DNA of 32,000 nucleotides from Pyrodictium occultum (GTDB lineage: Archaea > Thermoproteota > Thermoprotei_A > Sulfolobales > Pyrodictiaceae), in the NCBI RefSeq assembly GCF_001462395.1, contig NZ_LNTB01000001.1, positions 1,200,001 through 1,232,000 of the forward strand. The letters run 5' to 3'. Below, piece after piece: positions 17,122 to 26,630 of this stretch. Position numbers and translations under genes: made by a program. How positions within the stretch are numbered: position 1 is the first letter of the stretch; each line of letters begins with the position of its first letter. Below the pieces are notes generated by a model, which was not told where the DNA came from, did no database searches, and was given only the letters and a program-made list of their open reading frames with translations.

Positions 17122-17586
17122 TTGGCGCAGGACCTGTCGATGCAGCGTAGGCTTGCGGCGGAGATACTCGGGGTGGGCGAGTCAAGGATATGGATAGACC
17201 CTGCAAGAATAGAGGATGTTGCCAGCGCTATAACTAGGGACGAGGTACGCAGGCTCATCAAGGAGGGTGTTATCAGGGTTAAGCCAGCTCACAGCCCCTC
17301 CCGGGGCCGCTGGCGGGAGCGCCACGAGGCGCGTAAGAGGGGCAGGCATCGCGGCTACGGGAGGCGTAAGGGCGAGGCCACCGCCCGGCGGGACCCGAAG
17401 GAGGAGTGGGCCAGCAGGATAAGGAAGATGCGCCGCTACCTCCGCTTCCTCCGTGACCACGGGGTAATAGACCGGAGGACATACCGGAAGCTCTACATGT
17501 GGGCCAAGGGCGGCATGTTCCCCACCTTCGCCTCGCTGAAGCGCTGGCTCGAGGAGCACGGGTACCCGACGAGCGTGAGGAAGTAG
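17122..17586 (+). CDS. rpl19e: 50S ribosomal protein L19e (eL19)
   Basis: LSMQRRLAAEILGVGESRIWIDP...RGRHRGYGRRKG; TTG start. Confidence 0.93.
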   Translation: MAQDLSMQRRLAAEILGVGESRIWIDPARIEDVASAITRDEVRRLIKEGVIRVKPAHSPSRGRWRERHEARKRGRHRGYGRRKGEATARRDPKEEWASRIRKMRRYLRFLRDHGVIDRRTYRKLYMWAKGGMFPTFASLKRWLEEHGYPTSVRK

Positions 17587-17661
17587 GCCGCCGGCGCACC
17601 CGTCGGCCTCCTTCCCGGTCCTGCTCTCCTCTCTGCATGGCTTTCCCGCGTGCATGGCTTG

Positions 17662-17671
17662 TATTTATTTA
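17662..17671 (+). promoter_or_regulatory. TATA box (TATTTATTTA) ahead of rpl18
   Basis: Lies in the 142-bp rpl19e-rpl18 spacer, ~60 nt before ATG 17729. A 10-nt tandem direct repeat sits just upstream. Confidence 0.5.
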
Positions 17672-17728
17672 GGGCTCGTGCTGCCGGGGCCTCCGCCCCG
17701 GGTGCACGGCTAGGGCTGGTGGACAGAC

Positions 17729-18367
17729 ATGGCACATGGTCCTAGGTATAAGGTGCCGAGGAGGCGGCGTAGGGAGGGTAAGACCAACTACTACAAGCGC
17801 TATGTCATGGTGCTCTCGGGTAAGCCTCGGTTTGTTGTGAGGAGGACCAACCAGTACATATGGGCTCAGGTGATTATAGCTAAGCCTCAGGGCGATGTCA
17901 CGGTGGCGGCTGCTCATAGCAGGGAGCTTGTCAAGCGCTATGGATGGCTTGGCGGCACCAAGAACACCTCGGCCGCCTACCTGACTGGCATGCTCGCCGG
18001 GCTGCGCGCTCTCCGCGCGGGCATAACCTACGCGGTTCTCGACATTGGGCTGCACCGGCCAGTGAAGGGCTCCAGGGTATTTGCTGCCATGAAGGGGGCG
18101 GTGGACGCTGGCCTCGAGATACCCCACAGCGAGGAGATATTGCCAGAGGAGTACAGGATTCGGGGTGAGCATGTAGCCAAGTATGCTGCTATGCTCGCGC
18201 AGGAGAACCCGGAGCTGTACGAGCGGAGGTTCGGCCTCTACCTAAAGCGTGGGCTAAAGCCGGAGGACCTACCCAAGCATTTTGAGGAGGTTAAGAATAA
18301 AATACTGGAGGACTACCGCGACGTTCTTGGGAAGGTAAAGGCTGCCAAGGAGGCTGCCTCGCAATGA
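17729..18367 (+). CDS. rpl18: 50S ribosomal protein L18 (uL18)
   Basis: [21 protein letters not shown]...[17 protein letters not shown]. Confidence 0.95.
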   Translation: MAHGPRYKVPRRRRREGKTNYYKRYVMVLSGKPRFVVRRTNQYIWAQVIIAKPQGDVTVAAAHSRELVKRYGWLGGTKNTSAAYLTGMLAGLRALRAGITYAVLDIGLHRPVKGSRVFAAMKGAVDAGLEIPHSEEILPEEYRIRGEHVAKYAAMLAQENPELYERRFGLYLKRGLKPEDLPKHFEEVKNKILEDYRDVLGKVKAAKEAASQ

Positions 18368-19014
18368 GCGTCTCGCCCTACGAGCTTGAGCAGGAGTGGA
18401 AGCCCCGTACCTTCGTAGGCAGGCTGGTGAAGGAGGGAAGGATACAGAGCCTCAGCGAGATATTCGAGCGCAACCTGCCGATACTCGAGCCGGAGATAGT
18501 CGATTACCTCATAGGCCCTGAGCTGAAGTCCGAGACCGTCGACGTTAGGCTGGTCCAGAAGATGACCGACGCAGGCAGGATTAACAGGTTCAGGGTAGTA
18601 GTGGTCATAGGTAATGAGAACGGCTTCGTCGGCGTCGGCCAGGGGAAGGCTAGACAGCTCCGCACAGCGATAGAGAAGGCGACGCGTAACGCAAAGCTCA
18701 ACATAATCCCAGTGAGGCGTGGCTGCGGCAGCTGGGAGTGCCTCTGCGATCAGCCCCACAGCGTGCCCTTCACAGTGCGGGGTAAGAGCGGCAGCGTGGA
18801 GATAGTGCTGAAGCCCGCGCCCCGAGGCACCGGGCTAGTGGCCGGCGATGCCGCGAAGGTGGTGCTACGCATGGCCGGGATAAAGGACGTCTGGAGCTTC
18901 ACCCGCGGTGATACAAGGACTACGCTCAACTTCGTGAAGGCCACCTATAACGCGCTCAAGCAGACCTACAAGTTCGTGACCCCCATCGACTGGGCCCGGG
19001 CCGGCACAGCCTAG
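18364..19014 (+). CDS. rps5: 30S ribosomal protein S5 (uS5)
   Basis: [22 protein letters not shown]...[23 protein letters not shown]; ATGA overlap with rpl18. Confidence 0.95.
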   Translation: MSVSPYELEQEWKPRTFVGRLVKEGRIQSLSEIFERNLPILEPEIVDYLIGPELKSETVDVRLVQKMTDAGRINRFRVVVVIGNENGFVGVGQGKARQLRTAIEKATRNAKLNIIPVRRGCGSWECLCDQPHSVPFTVRGKSGSVEIVLKPAPRGTGLVAGDAAKVVLRMAGIKDVWSFTRGDTRTTLNFVKATYNALKQTYKFVTPIDWARAGTA

Positions 19015-19136
19015 AGCCCCGTGGCCGCACCCTATGTTAAATCCTTCCGGTTTCCAGGCCGCTGGTTTAGGGCTCGCAGAGCCCTTAGCCCATGCCCTCC
19101 AGAGGCCGAGCGGGGTGGCACGCCGTGGCGGTATCA

Positions 19137-19667
19137 ATGGCCGAGGGGGAGAAGGCTCAGGCTAGCCAGGTGAGGCTCTACGCGGTAATAAGGATACGTG
19201 GCAGGGTGGATGTCCACCCGGACGTGGAGCACACCCTGGCTCTGCTGCGGCTGCACCGAAAGTTCCACCTGGTCCTTTACCCCTCCACGCTTCCCGGCAT
19301 ATGGGGGATGCTCCACAAGGTCAAGGACTGGGCTACCTGGGGCGAGATAGACAGGGAGACTCTGATAGAGCTGCTGCGCCGCCGCGGCAGGGTGCCAGGC
19401 AACAAGCCGCTCACCGATGACTATGTCCGCGAGAAGCTGGGCCTCAAGGGAGGCATAGAGGAACTTGCCGACAAGCTGCTCAGGGCGGAGATAGTGCTCC
19501 ACCGGCTATACGACAAGAGGAGGAAGATCTGGTTGATCAAGCCTGTGTTTAGGCTGCACCCGCCGCGCGGCGGGTTCCGGGGGAGCATAAAGAAGCCCTA
19601 CGGGGCTGGCGGCGAGCTGGGCTACCGGGGGCCCGCGATAAACGAGCTTATAAGGAGAATGCTCTAG
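19137..19667 (+). CDS. rpl30: 50S ribosomal protein L30 (uL30)
   Basis: LYAVIRIRGRVDVHPDVEHTLALLRLHRKFH. ATG 19137 gives a typical length; the ORF is open from 19092. Confidence 0.92.
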   Translation: MAEGEKAQASQVRLYAVIRIRGRVDVHPDVEHTLALLRLHRKFHLVLYPSTLPGIWGMLHKVKDWATWGEIDRETLIELLRRRGRVPGNKPLTDDYVREKLGLKGGIEELADKLLRAEIVLHRLYDKRRKIWLIKPVFRLHPPRGGFRGSIKKPYGAGGELGYRGPAINELIRRML

Positions 19668-19692
19668 ACGCGGCCCGCGAGGGGAGGCGGTC

Positions 19693-20154
19693 TTGGTCGT
19701 CCGCCGCAGGAGGAAGAGCAGGCACCTAAGGGGCCGCACGAGGACCATGGGCTGGGGCCGTATAGGCCAGCACCGCGGCAGCGGCAGCCGTGGAGGCTTC
19801 GGTGCAGCGGGCATGCATAAGCACATGTGGACCTGGGTTGTCAAATACGCTCCCACCTGGTTCGGCAAGCACGGGTTCAACCGGCCCCTAACCTACGAGG
19901 TCAAGATCAATGCTATAAACGTGGGCGAGCTGTCCGAGAAGCTCGACGCGTGGCTGCGCGAGGGCAAGGCGAGGGAGGAGGAGGGCAGGATAGTGGTAGA
20001 CCTGGCTAGCCTAGGCTACAACAAGCTGCTGGGCCGCGGCAAGATAACTAGGCCCGTCAAGGTGATAGTGCCTGCAGCCACCGAGTCAGCGGTGCGCAAG
20101 ATAAGGGAGGCCGGCGGCGAGGTAGCGGTCCCGGGCGAGGAGGGAGAGGAGTAG
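19693..20154 (+). CDS. rpl15: 50S ribosomal protein L15 (uL15)
   Basis: MVVRRRRKSRHLRGRTRTMGWGRIGQHRGSGSRGG...GMHKHMW; TTG start. Confidence 0.93.
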   Translation: MVVRRRRKSRHLRGRTRTMGWGRIGQHRGSGSRGGFGAAGMHKHMWTWVVKYAPTWFGKHGFNRPLTYEVKINAINVGELSEKLDAWLREGKAREEEGRIVVDLASLGYNKLLGRGKITRPVKVIVPAATESAVRKIREAGGEVAVPGEEGEE

Positions 20155-20299
20155 CCCCTCCTCCCACCCCAGAGACGCCTGCAGGGCTCCAGCCTAGAAG
20201 CTCTCGGCCCTCTTTACGGGGCCATCCCCCGGGCTCCCTTCTCCTGCTCCCCCGGGCCAATGCCGGCTTCGAGAAGCTCGCCGGGGCCGGGCTGCTGCT

Positions 20300-20310
20300 T
20301 CTTTAAATAG
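20300..20310 (+). promoter_or_regulatory. Strong TATA box (TCTTTAAATAG) ahead of secY
   Basis: Same 11-mer as 13050-13060, with a similar GYTGYTGC segment just upstream in both copies. Confidence 0.55.
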
Positions 20311-20367
20311 TGCTGTAATGTGGAGTCCAGCCGGCCTCCGGGGAGTACTAGGGGAGGCGAGCTTCCA

Positions 20368-21747
20368 GTGGGCGTTCTAGAGGCTCTCGCCGAGATCTCA
20401 AAGTACATACCCGCGGTGGGCAAGCCTGCTAGGAGGCCCCCTCTGCCGACCAGGCTGGCGTGGACGGGTATAGTTGTGCTCCTCTACCTGATTATGAGCG
20501 AGATACCGCTCTATGGCGTCCTCGGCTACCGGCAGCAGACGACGCAGGCGCTGGCCTCCCTGCTGCTGGGTATGGACCTGGGCTCGTTGATGACGCTGGG
20601 TATAGGCCCGATAGTGACCGCCGGTATAGTGCTCGAGGTGCTGGTGGGCGGCGGCCTCGTAGAGATGGACCTCACTAAGCCCAGGGACCGCAAGATATTC
20701 ATGGGTGCCCAGCGTACCCTAGCGCTACTCTTCGCCCTCCTCGAGGCAGCAGCCTATGCCGCTGGCTGCCGGTTCTGGACCACGGCGCTGGGCGGTGGAG
20801 GCTGCCCGGTGGGCCTCGGGATCAAGGCGCTGGTCGTGCTCCAGCTAGTGTTCGCCACGCTCATACTAATGTGGTTCGACGACCTGGTCCGCGAAGGGTG
20901 GGGTATCGGCTCGGCGCTCAGCCTCTTCATAGTGGCTAACGTGGTTAAGGGCCTCTTCTGGCGCCTCGCAGGCCCCGTGCTGGTTCGCAGCAACCCCACC
21001 GAGTACTATGGCTGGCTCGTCCACGTGGTCAAGACCGGCGACCCGGCTATACTCCGCTACGGGCTGCCCGATCTCGTTGGGCTGCTAGCCACCATAGCTA
21101 TAATCATGGTGCTCACCTACTTCCAGCTAATGAGGGTATACATCCCGGTAACCAGCCCCAGGTACGGCAGCATAAAGACGAGGATACCGCTCAACTTCAT
21201 ATACGTGACTAACATACCTATACTCTTCGTAGCCATAACAGTGTCCGACCTGGCAGTATTCTACGAGATGATAGCCGGCGTGACGGGAGGCACAGACCCA
21301 CTCTCTAGGGCGCTCTACGTGCTCTACCATTACACGAGGCCGCCGCAGGGCCTCCTCGACGCCGTGCACACGCCGCTGCGCACACTCATCTTCGCCCTCG
21401 CGTGGCTGGCGATGGGCCTCCTCTATGGCTTCATCTGGGTCGAGATAGCGGGGCTGAGCCCGAGGCAGCAGGCCGAGAACCTGATAAAATCGGGTATGGA
21501 GCTTCCCGGGCTCAGGCGGAACGTGAAGCTGCTCGAGAAGGTGCTGGCGAGGTACATCTACCCGCTCACCGTGATAAGCTCGCTGCTCGTCACAGCGCTC
21601 GCCATCATTGCAGACATATTCGGCGCCTACGGCACCGGCTCGGGCCTAGTGCTGCTAGTGGGTATAGTGTATAGCTTCTACGAGACGCTGACCTACGAGA
21701 GGACGCTGGAGATGTACCCAATACTTCAGAGGATAATAGGAGGCTAG
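20368..21747 (+). CDS. secY: Preprotein translocase subunit SecY
   Basis: IPAVGKPARRPPLPTRLAWTGIVVLLYLIMSEIPLYG and a multi-TM body. GTG 20368 lies 9 nt after GGGGAGG and downstream of the TATA; the ORF track starts at 20320. Confidence 0.93.
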   Translation: MGVLEALAEISKYIPAVGKPARRPPLPTRLAWTGIVVLLYLIMSEIPLYGVLGYRQQTTQALASLLLGMDLGSLMTLGIGPIVTAGIVLEVLVGGGLVEMDLTKPRDRKIFMGAQRTLALLFALLEAAAYAAGCRFWTTALGGGGCPVGLGIKALVVLQLVFATLILMWFDDLVREGWGIGSALSLFIVANVVKGLFWRLAGPVLVRSNPTEYYGWLVHVVKTGDPAILRYGLPDLVGLLATIAIIMVLTYFQLMRVYIPVTSPRYGSIKTRIPLNFIYVTNIPILFVAITVSDLAVFYEMIAGVTGGTDPLSRALYVLYHYTRPPQGLLDAVHTPLRTLIFALAWLAMGLLYGFIWVEIAGLSPRQQAENLIKSGMELPGLRRNVKLLEKVLARYIYPLTVISSLLVTALAIIADIFGAYGTGSGLVLLVGIVYSFYETLTYERTLEMYPILQRIIGG

Positions 21748-21760
21748 CCCTCCTGCCAGG

Positions 21761-21769
21761 TTTTTAAAG
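21761..21769 (+). promoter_or_regulatory. T5 tract plus TATA-like TTTTTAAAG (secY terminator / adkA promoter)
   Basis: Lies 14 nt after the secY stop and ~95 nt before GTG 21864. Confidence 0.4.
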
Positions 21770-21863
21770 CGCCCTCGGCTGCACCGCGGTCAGGCAGCCG
21801 GAGACCCACGGGAGGCCCACGGGCCGTGGGCCTCTCTAGAGCCGTTGAGAGGGGTGGAGGCCG

Positions 21864-22481
21864 GTGGTGCTGCGTAACCCTTTCGTAACAATAATTGTGA
21901 CGGGCGTGCCCGGCGTAGGGAAGACCACCGTGCTCAACCATGTATCGGAGATGATTAGGGAGAGAGGCGGCGAGATCCTGGTGGTGAACTTCGGCGACTA
22001 CATGTTCCGTGTAGCCTCGGAGCAGGGGCTGGTCAAACACCGGGATGAGATGCGGCACCTCCCCCTCCGGAAGCAGCTTGAGCTGCAGGAGCACGCCGCC
22101 AGGAGCATAAGGAGCGACGCGGAGCAGGGGCTCTCGGAGCGCGGCTTCCTATTCATAGACACCCATGCGGTTATCAAGACGTCTACAGGGTACTGGCCCG
22201 GGTTGCCCGAGAACGTCGTTAAGGAGCTGCGGCCCGACTCCATAGTTCTCGTTGAGGCGCCGCCCGAGGTTATACTCGCGAGGCAGCAGAGGGACAAGAC
22301 AAGGGTTAGGAGCGACATAGGAGGTGTCGAGGCTATAAAGCTGCTGCTCGACATGGCCCGCTCCGCTGCCATGTCGAGCGCGGTGCTGGTGGCGGCCAGC
22401 GTCTACATCGTCGAAAACGTTGAGGGCAATCCCCGGGTGGCTGCAGGGAAAGTAGTCGAGCTCGCCTACATGCTCCGCTAG
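21864..22481 (+). CDS. adkA: Archaeal-type adenylate kinase
   Basis: P-loop IIVTGVPGVGKTTVLNHV, in the conserved position after secY; 205 aa. Confidence 0.9.
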   Translation: MVLRNPFVTIIVTGVPGVGKTTVLNHVSEMIRERGGEILVVNFGDYMFRVASEQGLVKHRDEMRHLPLRKQLELQEHAARSIRSDAEQGLSERGFLFIDTHAVIKTSTGYWPGLPENVVKELRPDSIVLVEAPPEVILARQQRDKTRVRSDIGGVEAIKLLLDMARSAAMSSAVLVAASVYIVENVEGNPRVAAGKVVELAYMLR

Positions 22482-22549
22482 CCCCCGGGGCCCTCTTCTT
22501 TCCCTCCGGCGGCTCCTCCCCGAGCGGCATAACGGCAGAGGGTCCCCTG

Positions 22550-23050
22550 TTGGACGTAGACCTGCTAGCCTACGAGGCATACGTGGTCCTACTCGCCCTG
22601 CTCGGGGTGGCCGCGGCCGAGACCATATTCTACCGGGTGGCCGGCGCGGCCTATCTCGAGGCCCGCGTGGAGCTGGAGCAGCTGCTCAGCACGTACCGCA
22701 GCCTCCGCGGCCGGGGGGATAAGCGGGCCCAGAGGCGGGCCGGGAAGCTGCACTCTAGGCTGCCGGTGCTGCAGAGGACCGTGCGCCGCTATGCCCTGCT
22801 CCGCCTGAGCCTTCTCACCCCCGTCTACGCTGCAGCCGTGATCGCATTTACTATCCGCCCAGTGCTCTTCCCCTCGGCCTGCTGCATCCCGGCCCTCACC
22901 CTGGGGGGCTCCGGGGTCTGCGTGGCCCCCTCCGGGCTGGTGGCGGCGCTCGCCTTCCTCGCGTCCCTGCCCGTGGTCCAGTATGACCTCGTCGGGGTGC
23001 TAATGCTTAAGAAAGCCTGGAGGCATGCTGACCGGGAGCCCGGGGTATAG
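22550..23050 (+). CDS. DUF106-family membrane protein (archaeal YidC/Oxa1/EMC3-like insertase candidate)
   Basis: Three hydrophobic segments with a basic coiled segment between TM1 and TM2 (RGRGDKRAQRRAGKLHSRL), in the conserved secY-adk-DUF106 synteny. Sequence similarity was judged only by architecture. Confidence 0.55.
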   Translation: MDVDLLAYEAYVVLLALLGVAAAETIFYRVAGAAYLEARVELEQLLSTYRSLRGRGDKRAQRRAGKLHSRLPVLQRTVRRYALLRLSLLTPVYAAAVIAFTIRPVLFPSACCIPALTLGGSGVCVAPSGLVAALAFLASLPVVQYDLVGVLMLKKAWRHADREPGV

Positions 23051-23073
23051 GCTAGCGCGGGGTGTGCACGGCT

Positions 23074-23379
23074 ATGCCTAGGCCTCATCAGAGGAGCCGC
23101 TCGCTGCGCAGAGTGTATGTGAGGACTCCAGGCGGCGAGACGAAGATACACTATGAGAAGAGGAGGCCGGGCCCGGCCCGGTGCGCTATATGCGGCAGGC
23201 CTCTCAACGGCGTGCCGAGGCTGCGCCCCGTGGAGCTGAGGAAGCTGCCGAAGACTGCCAAGAGGCCCGAGCGCATGTACGGGGGCGTAATCTGCCCCAG
23301 CTGCCTCGCCAAGCTCCTCAAGAAGACTATAAGGAGCCAGCTCCTAGAGCAGCTGCGCGCAGCCCGGGCAAGCCAGTAG
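23074..23379 (+). CDS. rpl34e: 50S ribosomal protein L34e (eL34)
   Basis: [21 protein letters not shown]...[12 protein letters not shown]...GGVICPSC. Confidence 0.92.
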   Translation: MPRPHQRSRSLRRVYVRTPGGETKIHYEKRRPGPARCAICGRPLNGVPRLRPVELRKLPKTAKRPERMYGGVICPSCLAKLLKKTIRSQLLEQLRAARASQ

Positions 23380-23533
23380 CCCCTGCCCCCCGGGGCCTCG
23401 CAGAGCGCTTTCCACCGGGGCCAGGCCCCCTCCGGCGCGTCTGCATCCCCTCTCTGGCTCAGCGCCTCCCGCACGCCTACAAGCAGTCTTATCCTCGCAG
23501 CCCGGGTTCCACGACTCCACCGGGGCGTACAGT

Positions 23534-24130
23534 TTGATCAGCGCGGGGTGCAGCGGCGGGAAGAAGGGCCCCACGATAGCTGTGAGCGGGCCCCCCGGTA
23601 GCGGGAAGACCACCTACGCCCGGCGGCTGGCGGAGGACCTCGGCCTAGACTACTACTCCGCGGGCATGATTTTCCGCGAGGTGGCGCGTAGCCGCGGCGT
23701 CAGCGTGGAGGAGCTCAACCGCGTGGCGGCCAGCGACCCGAGCATAGACCTTGAGATAGACCGGAGGACCCTGGAGCTGGGCTGCCGGGGCGGCGTGGTG
23801 CTCGAGGGACACCTCGTCGCCTGGGTTCTCGCCGGCGTCGCGGACGTCAAGATATACGTGACGGCGCCGCTCGAGGCGAGGATTAGGAGGATAGCCTCTC
23901 GGGAGGGGAGGCCGCTGAAGGAGGTCTACCGGGAGACCGTGGCCAGAGAGTACATGCACTGGCGCCGCTTCCTCGACTACTACGGGGTTGATGTAACCAA
24001 CCTGCAGATCTTCAATCTTGTAGTGGACACGGAGCCTCTCGATATAGAGGAGGCGTACTTCATGATAAGGACCTACACCTGCAGGCTGCTAGCAAGAAGG
24101 GGGTTTAGGCTAGGCGCGTGCAGCCGGTAA
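23534..24130 (+). CDS. cmk: Cytidylate kinase (archaeal type)
   Basis: IAVSGPPGSGKTTYARRLAEDLGLDYYSAGMIFRE; TTG start assumed. Confidence 0.9.
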   Translation: MISAGCSGGKKGPTIAVSGPPGSGKTTYARRLAEDLGLDYYSAGMIFREVARSRGVSVEELNRVAASDPSIDLEIDRRTLELGCRGGVVLEGHLVAWVLAGVADVKIYVTAPLEARIRRIASREGRPLKEVYRETVAREYMHWRRFLDYYGVDVTNLQIFNLVVDTEPLDIEEAYFMIRTYTCRLLARRGFRLGACSR

Positions 24131-24186
24131 GGCTTAAATGAAGCTCGCCGGCCCCCGGGGCCTAGAGGTTGGGGGTTGAGGAAGCG

Positions 24187-24483
24187 GTGCCCGCGATAGA
24201 GGTCGGCAGGCTCTGTGTCAAGATACGCGGCCGCGAGGCTGGTAGGAAGTGTGTCATAGTGGAGATTATAGATGACAACTTTGTGCTAATAACCGGGCCC
24301 AAGGACGTCTCGGGGGTTAAGAGGAGAAGGGCTAACATCAATCACATAGAAGTGCTCCCCGAGAAGATCAACATTGAGCCTGGCGCCAGCGACGAGGAAG
24401 TCAAAAAGGCGCTTGAGGAGGCCGGGCTCCTAGACTTCATGAAGGAGAGGGTGCGCGTAGAGCTGAAACCCGGCCTACTCTAA
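24187..24483 (+). CDS. rpl14e: 50S ribosomal protein L14e (eL14)
   Basis: [37 protein letters not shown] (KOW). GTG 24187 fits the family N-terminus; the ORF is open from 24169. Confidence 0.9.
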   Translation: MPAIEVGRLCVKIRGREAGRKCVIVEIIDDNFVLITGPKDVSGVKRRRANINHIEVLPEKINIEPGASDEEVKKALEEAGLLDFMKERVRVELKPGLL

Positions 24484-24609
24484 CCCTTCTAGCCCCCTCC
24501 TTCCCTGCGCCCTCCCAGGGTATCCCGCGTAGTCGTGGAGCCGGGAGGCCTCGTTGACCAGGGGTTTATTCAGTGCTGCCGCCCCTCCCGGTCCTCCCCC
24601 GGGTAGCGG

Positions 24610-25674
24610 GTGGAGGGGACCCGGAAAGCCTTGTCGAGCAGCCTCACGAGGCAGGGCCTAGAGTTCATAGAGGGCCTTGACAGGTTCGCGGGGCTCGATA
24701 GACGGTGGATAGTCAAGGTTGAGGAGGATACGAGCCCCGAGTACGGCGTGCCGCCCTGGAGGAGGCCGATAGAGCAGCACATCCGGCTGGGCGTCATAGC
24801 TCTAGACAAGCCGCCGGGGCCTACGAGCCACGAGGTCGTCGCCTGGGTTAAGAGGATGTTCGGCCTCTCCAAGGCGGGTCACGGAGGCACGCTGGACCCG
24901 AAGGTCACCGGCGTCCTCCCCGTAGCCCTGGAGGAAGCAACCAAGGTCATAGGCCTGGTGGTGCACACGAGCAAGGAGTACATGTGCGTAATGCAGCTCC
25001 ACCGCCCGGTGCCGGAGGAGGAGCTGCGCCGCGTTCTAGGCATGTTCGTGGGCGAGATCTACCAGAGGCCGCCGCTCCGCAGCAGTGTTAAGAGAAGCCT
25101 CCGCGTCAAGAGGATATACGAGATAGAGCTGCTGGAGTACAACGGCAGGTACGCGCTCATGAGGGTGCTCTGCGAGGCCGGCACATACATGAGAAAGCTC
25201 TGCCACGACGCCGGCCTCATCCTCGGCGTGGGCGCCCACATGAGGGAGCTGAGGCGCACCAAGAGCGGCCCCTTCCGCGAGCAGCACGGGCTGGTCCGGC
25301 TGCAGGAGCTGAGCGAGGCCCTCTACCGCTGGAAGAACGAGGGCAAGGAGGACCTGCTGCGGAGCTACATCAAGCCCGTCGAGTACGCCGTGAGCCACCT
25401 GCCCAAGATAGTTATACGCGATACCGCGGTGGACGCCATAGCCCATGGCGCGAACCTCGCGGTGCCGGGGATAGCGAGGCTCCACGAGGGCATCAAACGG
25501 GGCGACCTCGTAGCCCTCTTCACGCTCAAGGGGGAGCTGGTGGCGGTGGGGGTGGCGCAGATGAGCAGCGAGGAGATAGCTAAGGCGCGGCGCGGCATAG
25601 CGGTGAAGATGCGCCGGGTCATAATGAAGCCCGGGGTCTACCCCCAAGCCTGGAAGCGGCGTGGGAGGAGTTGA
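24610..25674 (+). CDS. cbf5: H/ACA RNP pseudouridine synthase Cbf5 (TruB family with PUA domain)
   Basis: [18 protein letters not shown]...[16 protein letters not shown] (catalytic Asp motif), with a C-terminal PUA-like region [21 protein letters not shown]. Confidence 0.93.
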   Translation: MEGTRKALSSSLTRQGLEFIEGLDRFAGLDRRWIVKVEEDTSPEYGVPPWRRPIEQHIRLGVIALDKPPGPTSHEVVAWVKRMFGLSKAGHGGTLDPKVTGVLPVALEEATKVIGLVVHTSKEYMCVMQLHRPVPEEELRRVLGMFVGEIYQRPPLRSSVKRSLRVKRIYEIELLEYNGRYALMRVLCEAGTYMRKLCHDAGLILGVGAHMRELRRTKSGPFREQHGLVRLQELSEALYRWKNEGKEDLLRSYIKPVEYAVSHLPKIVIRDTAVDAIAHGANLAVPGIARLHEGIKRGDLVALFTLKGELVAVGVAQMSSEEIAKARRGIAVKMRRVIMKPGVYPQAWKRRGRS

Positions 25675-26288
25675 CCAGCCACTACTTCAGGCCGCGGGGG
25701 CGCCGCGGCCCCAGGTGGCTGGTCAGCGACCACCTCCGCGGCGTCACGGTGGAGTTCTACGTCTCCACCGACGTCTTCTCCCCGGGCGAGGTCGACACGG
25801 GCACACGCCTCCTGATCGAACACGCGCTGGTGCCCGAGAGGGGCACGGTGCTCGACCTGGGCTGCGGCTACGGAGTGATAGGCATAACCCTCGCCAAGGC
25901 GTACCCGGGGCTGCGCGTGGTCATGGTGGATGTTAACCCGCGCGCCGTGGAGCTGGCCAGGCTCAACGCCAGGCACAACGGGGTCGAGGACCGCGTCACG
26001 GTGCTGCAGGGAAGCCTCTACGAGCCCGTCGAGGGCATGGTGTTCGACGCCATACTCTCCAACCCTCCCCTCGCGGCGGGCATGAAGACCGTTGAGGAGA
26101 TTATACGCGGTGCCCCGCGCCACTTGGCGCCCGGCGGCAGCCTCCAGCTGGTGATGAAGAAGGGGGCCAACAAGGCCCTAGAGCTTATGAGGAGCGTCTT
26201 CGGGGAGGCCCGTGTACTGCTACGGAAGAAAGGCTACACCATACTATACGCGAGGAAGCTGGGCCAGGGCCCCGGGGAAAGCCAATAA
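25671..26288 (+). CDS. Class I SAM-dependent methyltransferase, small-domain (RsmC/RlmG / MJ0882-like)
   Basis: [14 protein letters not shown], motif [13 protein letters not shown] and motif IV SNPPL. The start overlaps the cbf5 stop (TTGA). Confidence 0.75.
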   Translation: MTSHYFRPRGRRGPRWLVSDHLRGVTVEFYVSTDVFSPGEVDTGTRLLIEHALVPERGTVLDLGCGYGVIGITLAKAYPGLRVVMVDVNPRAVELARLNARHNGVEDRVTVLQGSLYEPVEGMVFDAILSNPPLAAGMKTVEEIIRGAPRHLAPGGSLQLVMKKGANKALELMRSVFGEARVLLRKKGYTILYARKLGQGPGESQ

Positions 26289-26332
26289 CCTCCCCGGTGC
26301 CGCCCCTCTCCTACTCCAGGGGCCTCCCGGGC

Positions 26333-26420
26333 GCCGGGGTGCCCGAGCGGTCCAAGGGGCCGGCCTGGAGAGCCGGTGGCCGCGCAGGCCGCGCGGGTTC
26401 AAATCCCGCCCCCGGCGCCA
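26333..26420 (+). tRNA. tRNA-Ser (anticodon GGA), type II with a long variable arm and an encoded CCA
   Basis: Hand fold: acceptor GCCGGGG/CCCCGGC, anticodon stem CCGGC/GCCGG with loop CU-GGA-GA, variable arm GGCC..GGCC, T arm GCGGG-TTCAAAT-CCCGC, discriminator G, CCA. Confidence 0.9.
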
Positions 26421-26609
26421 CATCTCCGCAACCCTAGATCCCCCATCTCCCTACACCTCCTGGGGGCCCTGTACCTCGAGCCGCCTCTGCAGTATGCCTC
26501 ACGGCCCCGGGAGCCGGCGCTACTATAGAGCTAGAGTTCTGTTGCCTAGGCACCCCACTAGACGTCTGTACTCTCACACCTTGATGCTGCACCCTTGATA
26601 GGTCGGCTA

Positions 26610-26630
26610 CTGTACATCAATTCCGTACAG
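26610..26630. promoter_or_regulatory. Inverted repeat CTGTAC-N9-GTACAG upstream of amt (candidate operator)
   Basis: Perfect 6-bp arms. Three further CTGTAC copies lie at 26469, 26566 and 26667, and an AT-rich TATA-like stretch at 26637-26655. Confidence 0.3.

Noticed and set aside
26421-26560. tRNA-Ser as an integration site, with the frameshifted amt as possible cargo or scar.
   Set aside because: I found no direct repeat of the tRNA 3' half downstream (only an 8-nt CCGGCGC-type match at ~26512) and no integrase or mobile-element genes in the window.
26212-26598. 128-aa ORF spanning the methyltransferase 3' end and the tRNA-Ser gene.
   Set aside because: It runs straight through a cleanly folding tRNA and has no protein-like features.
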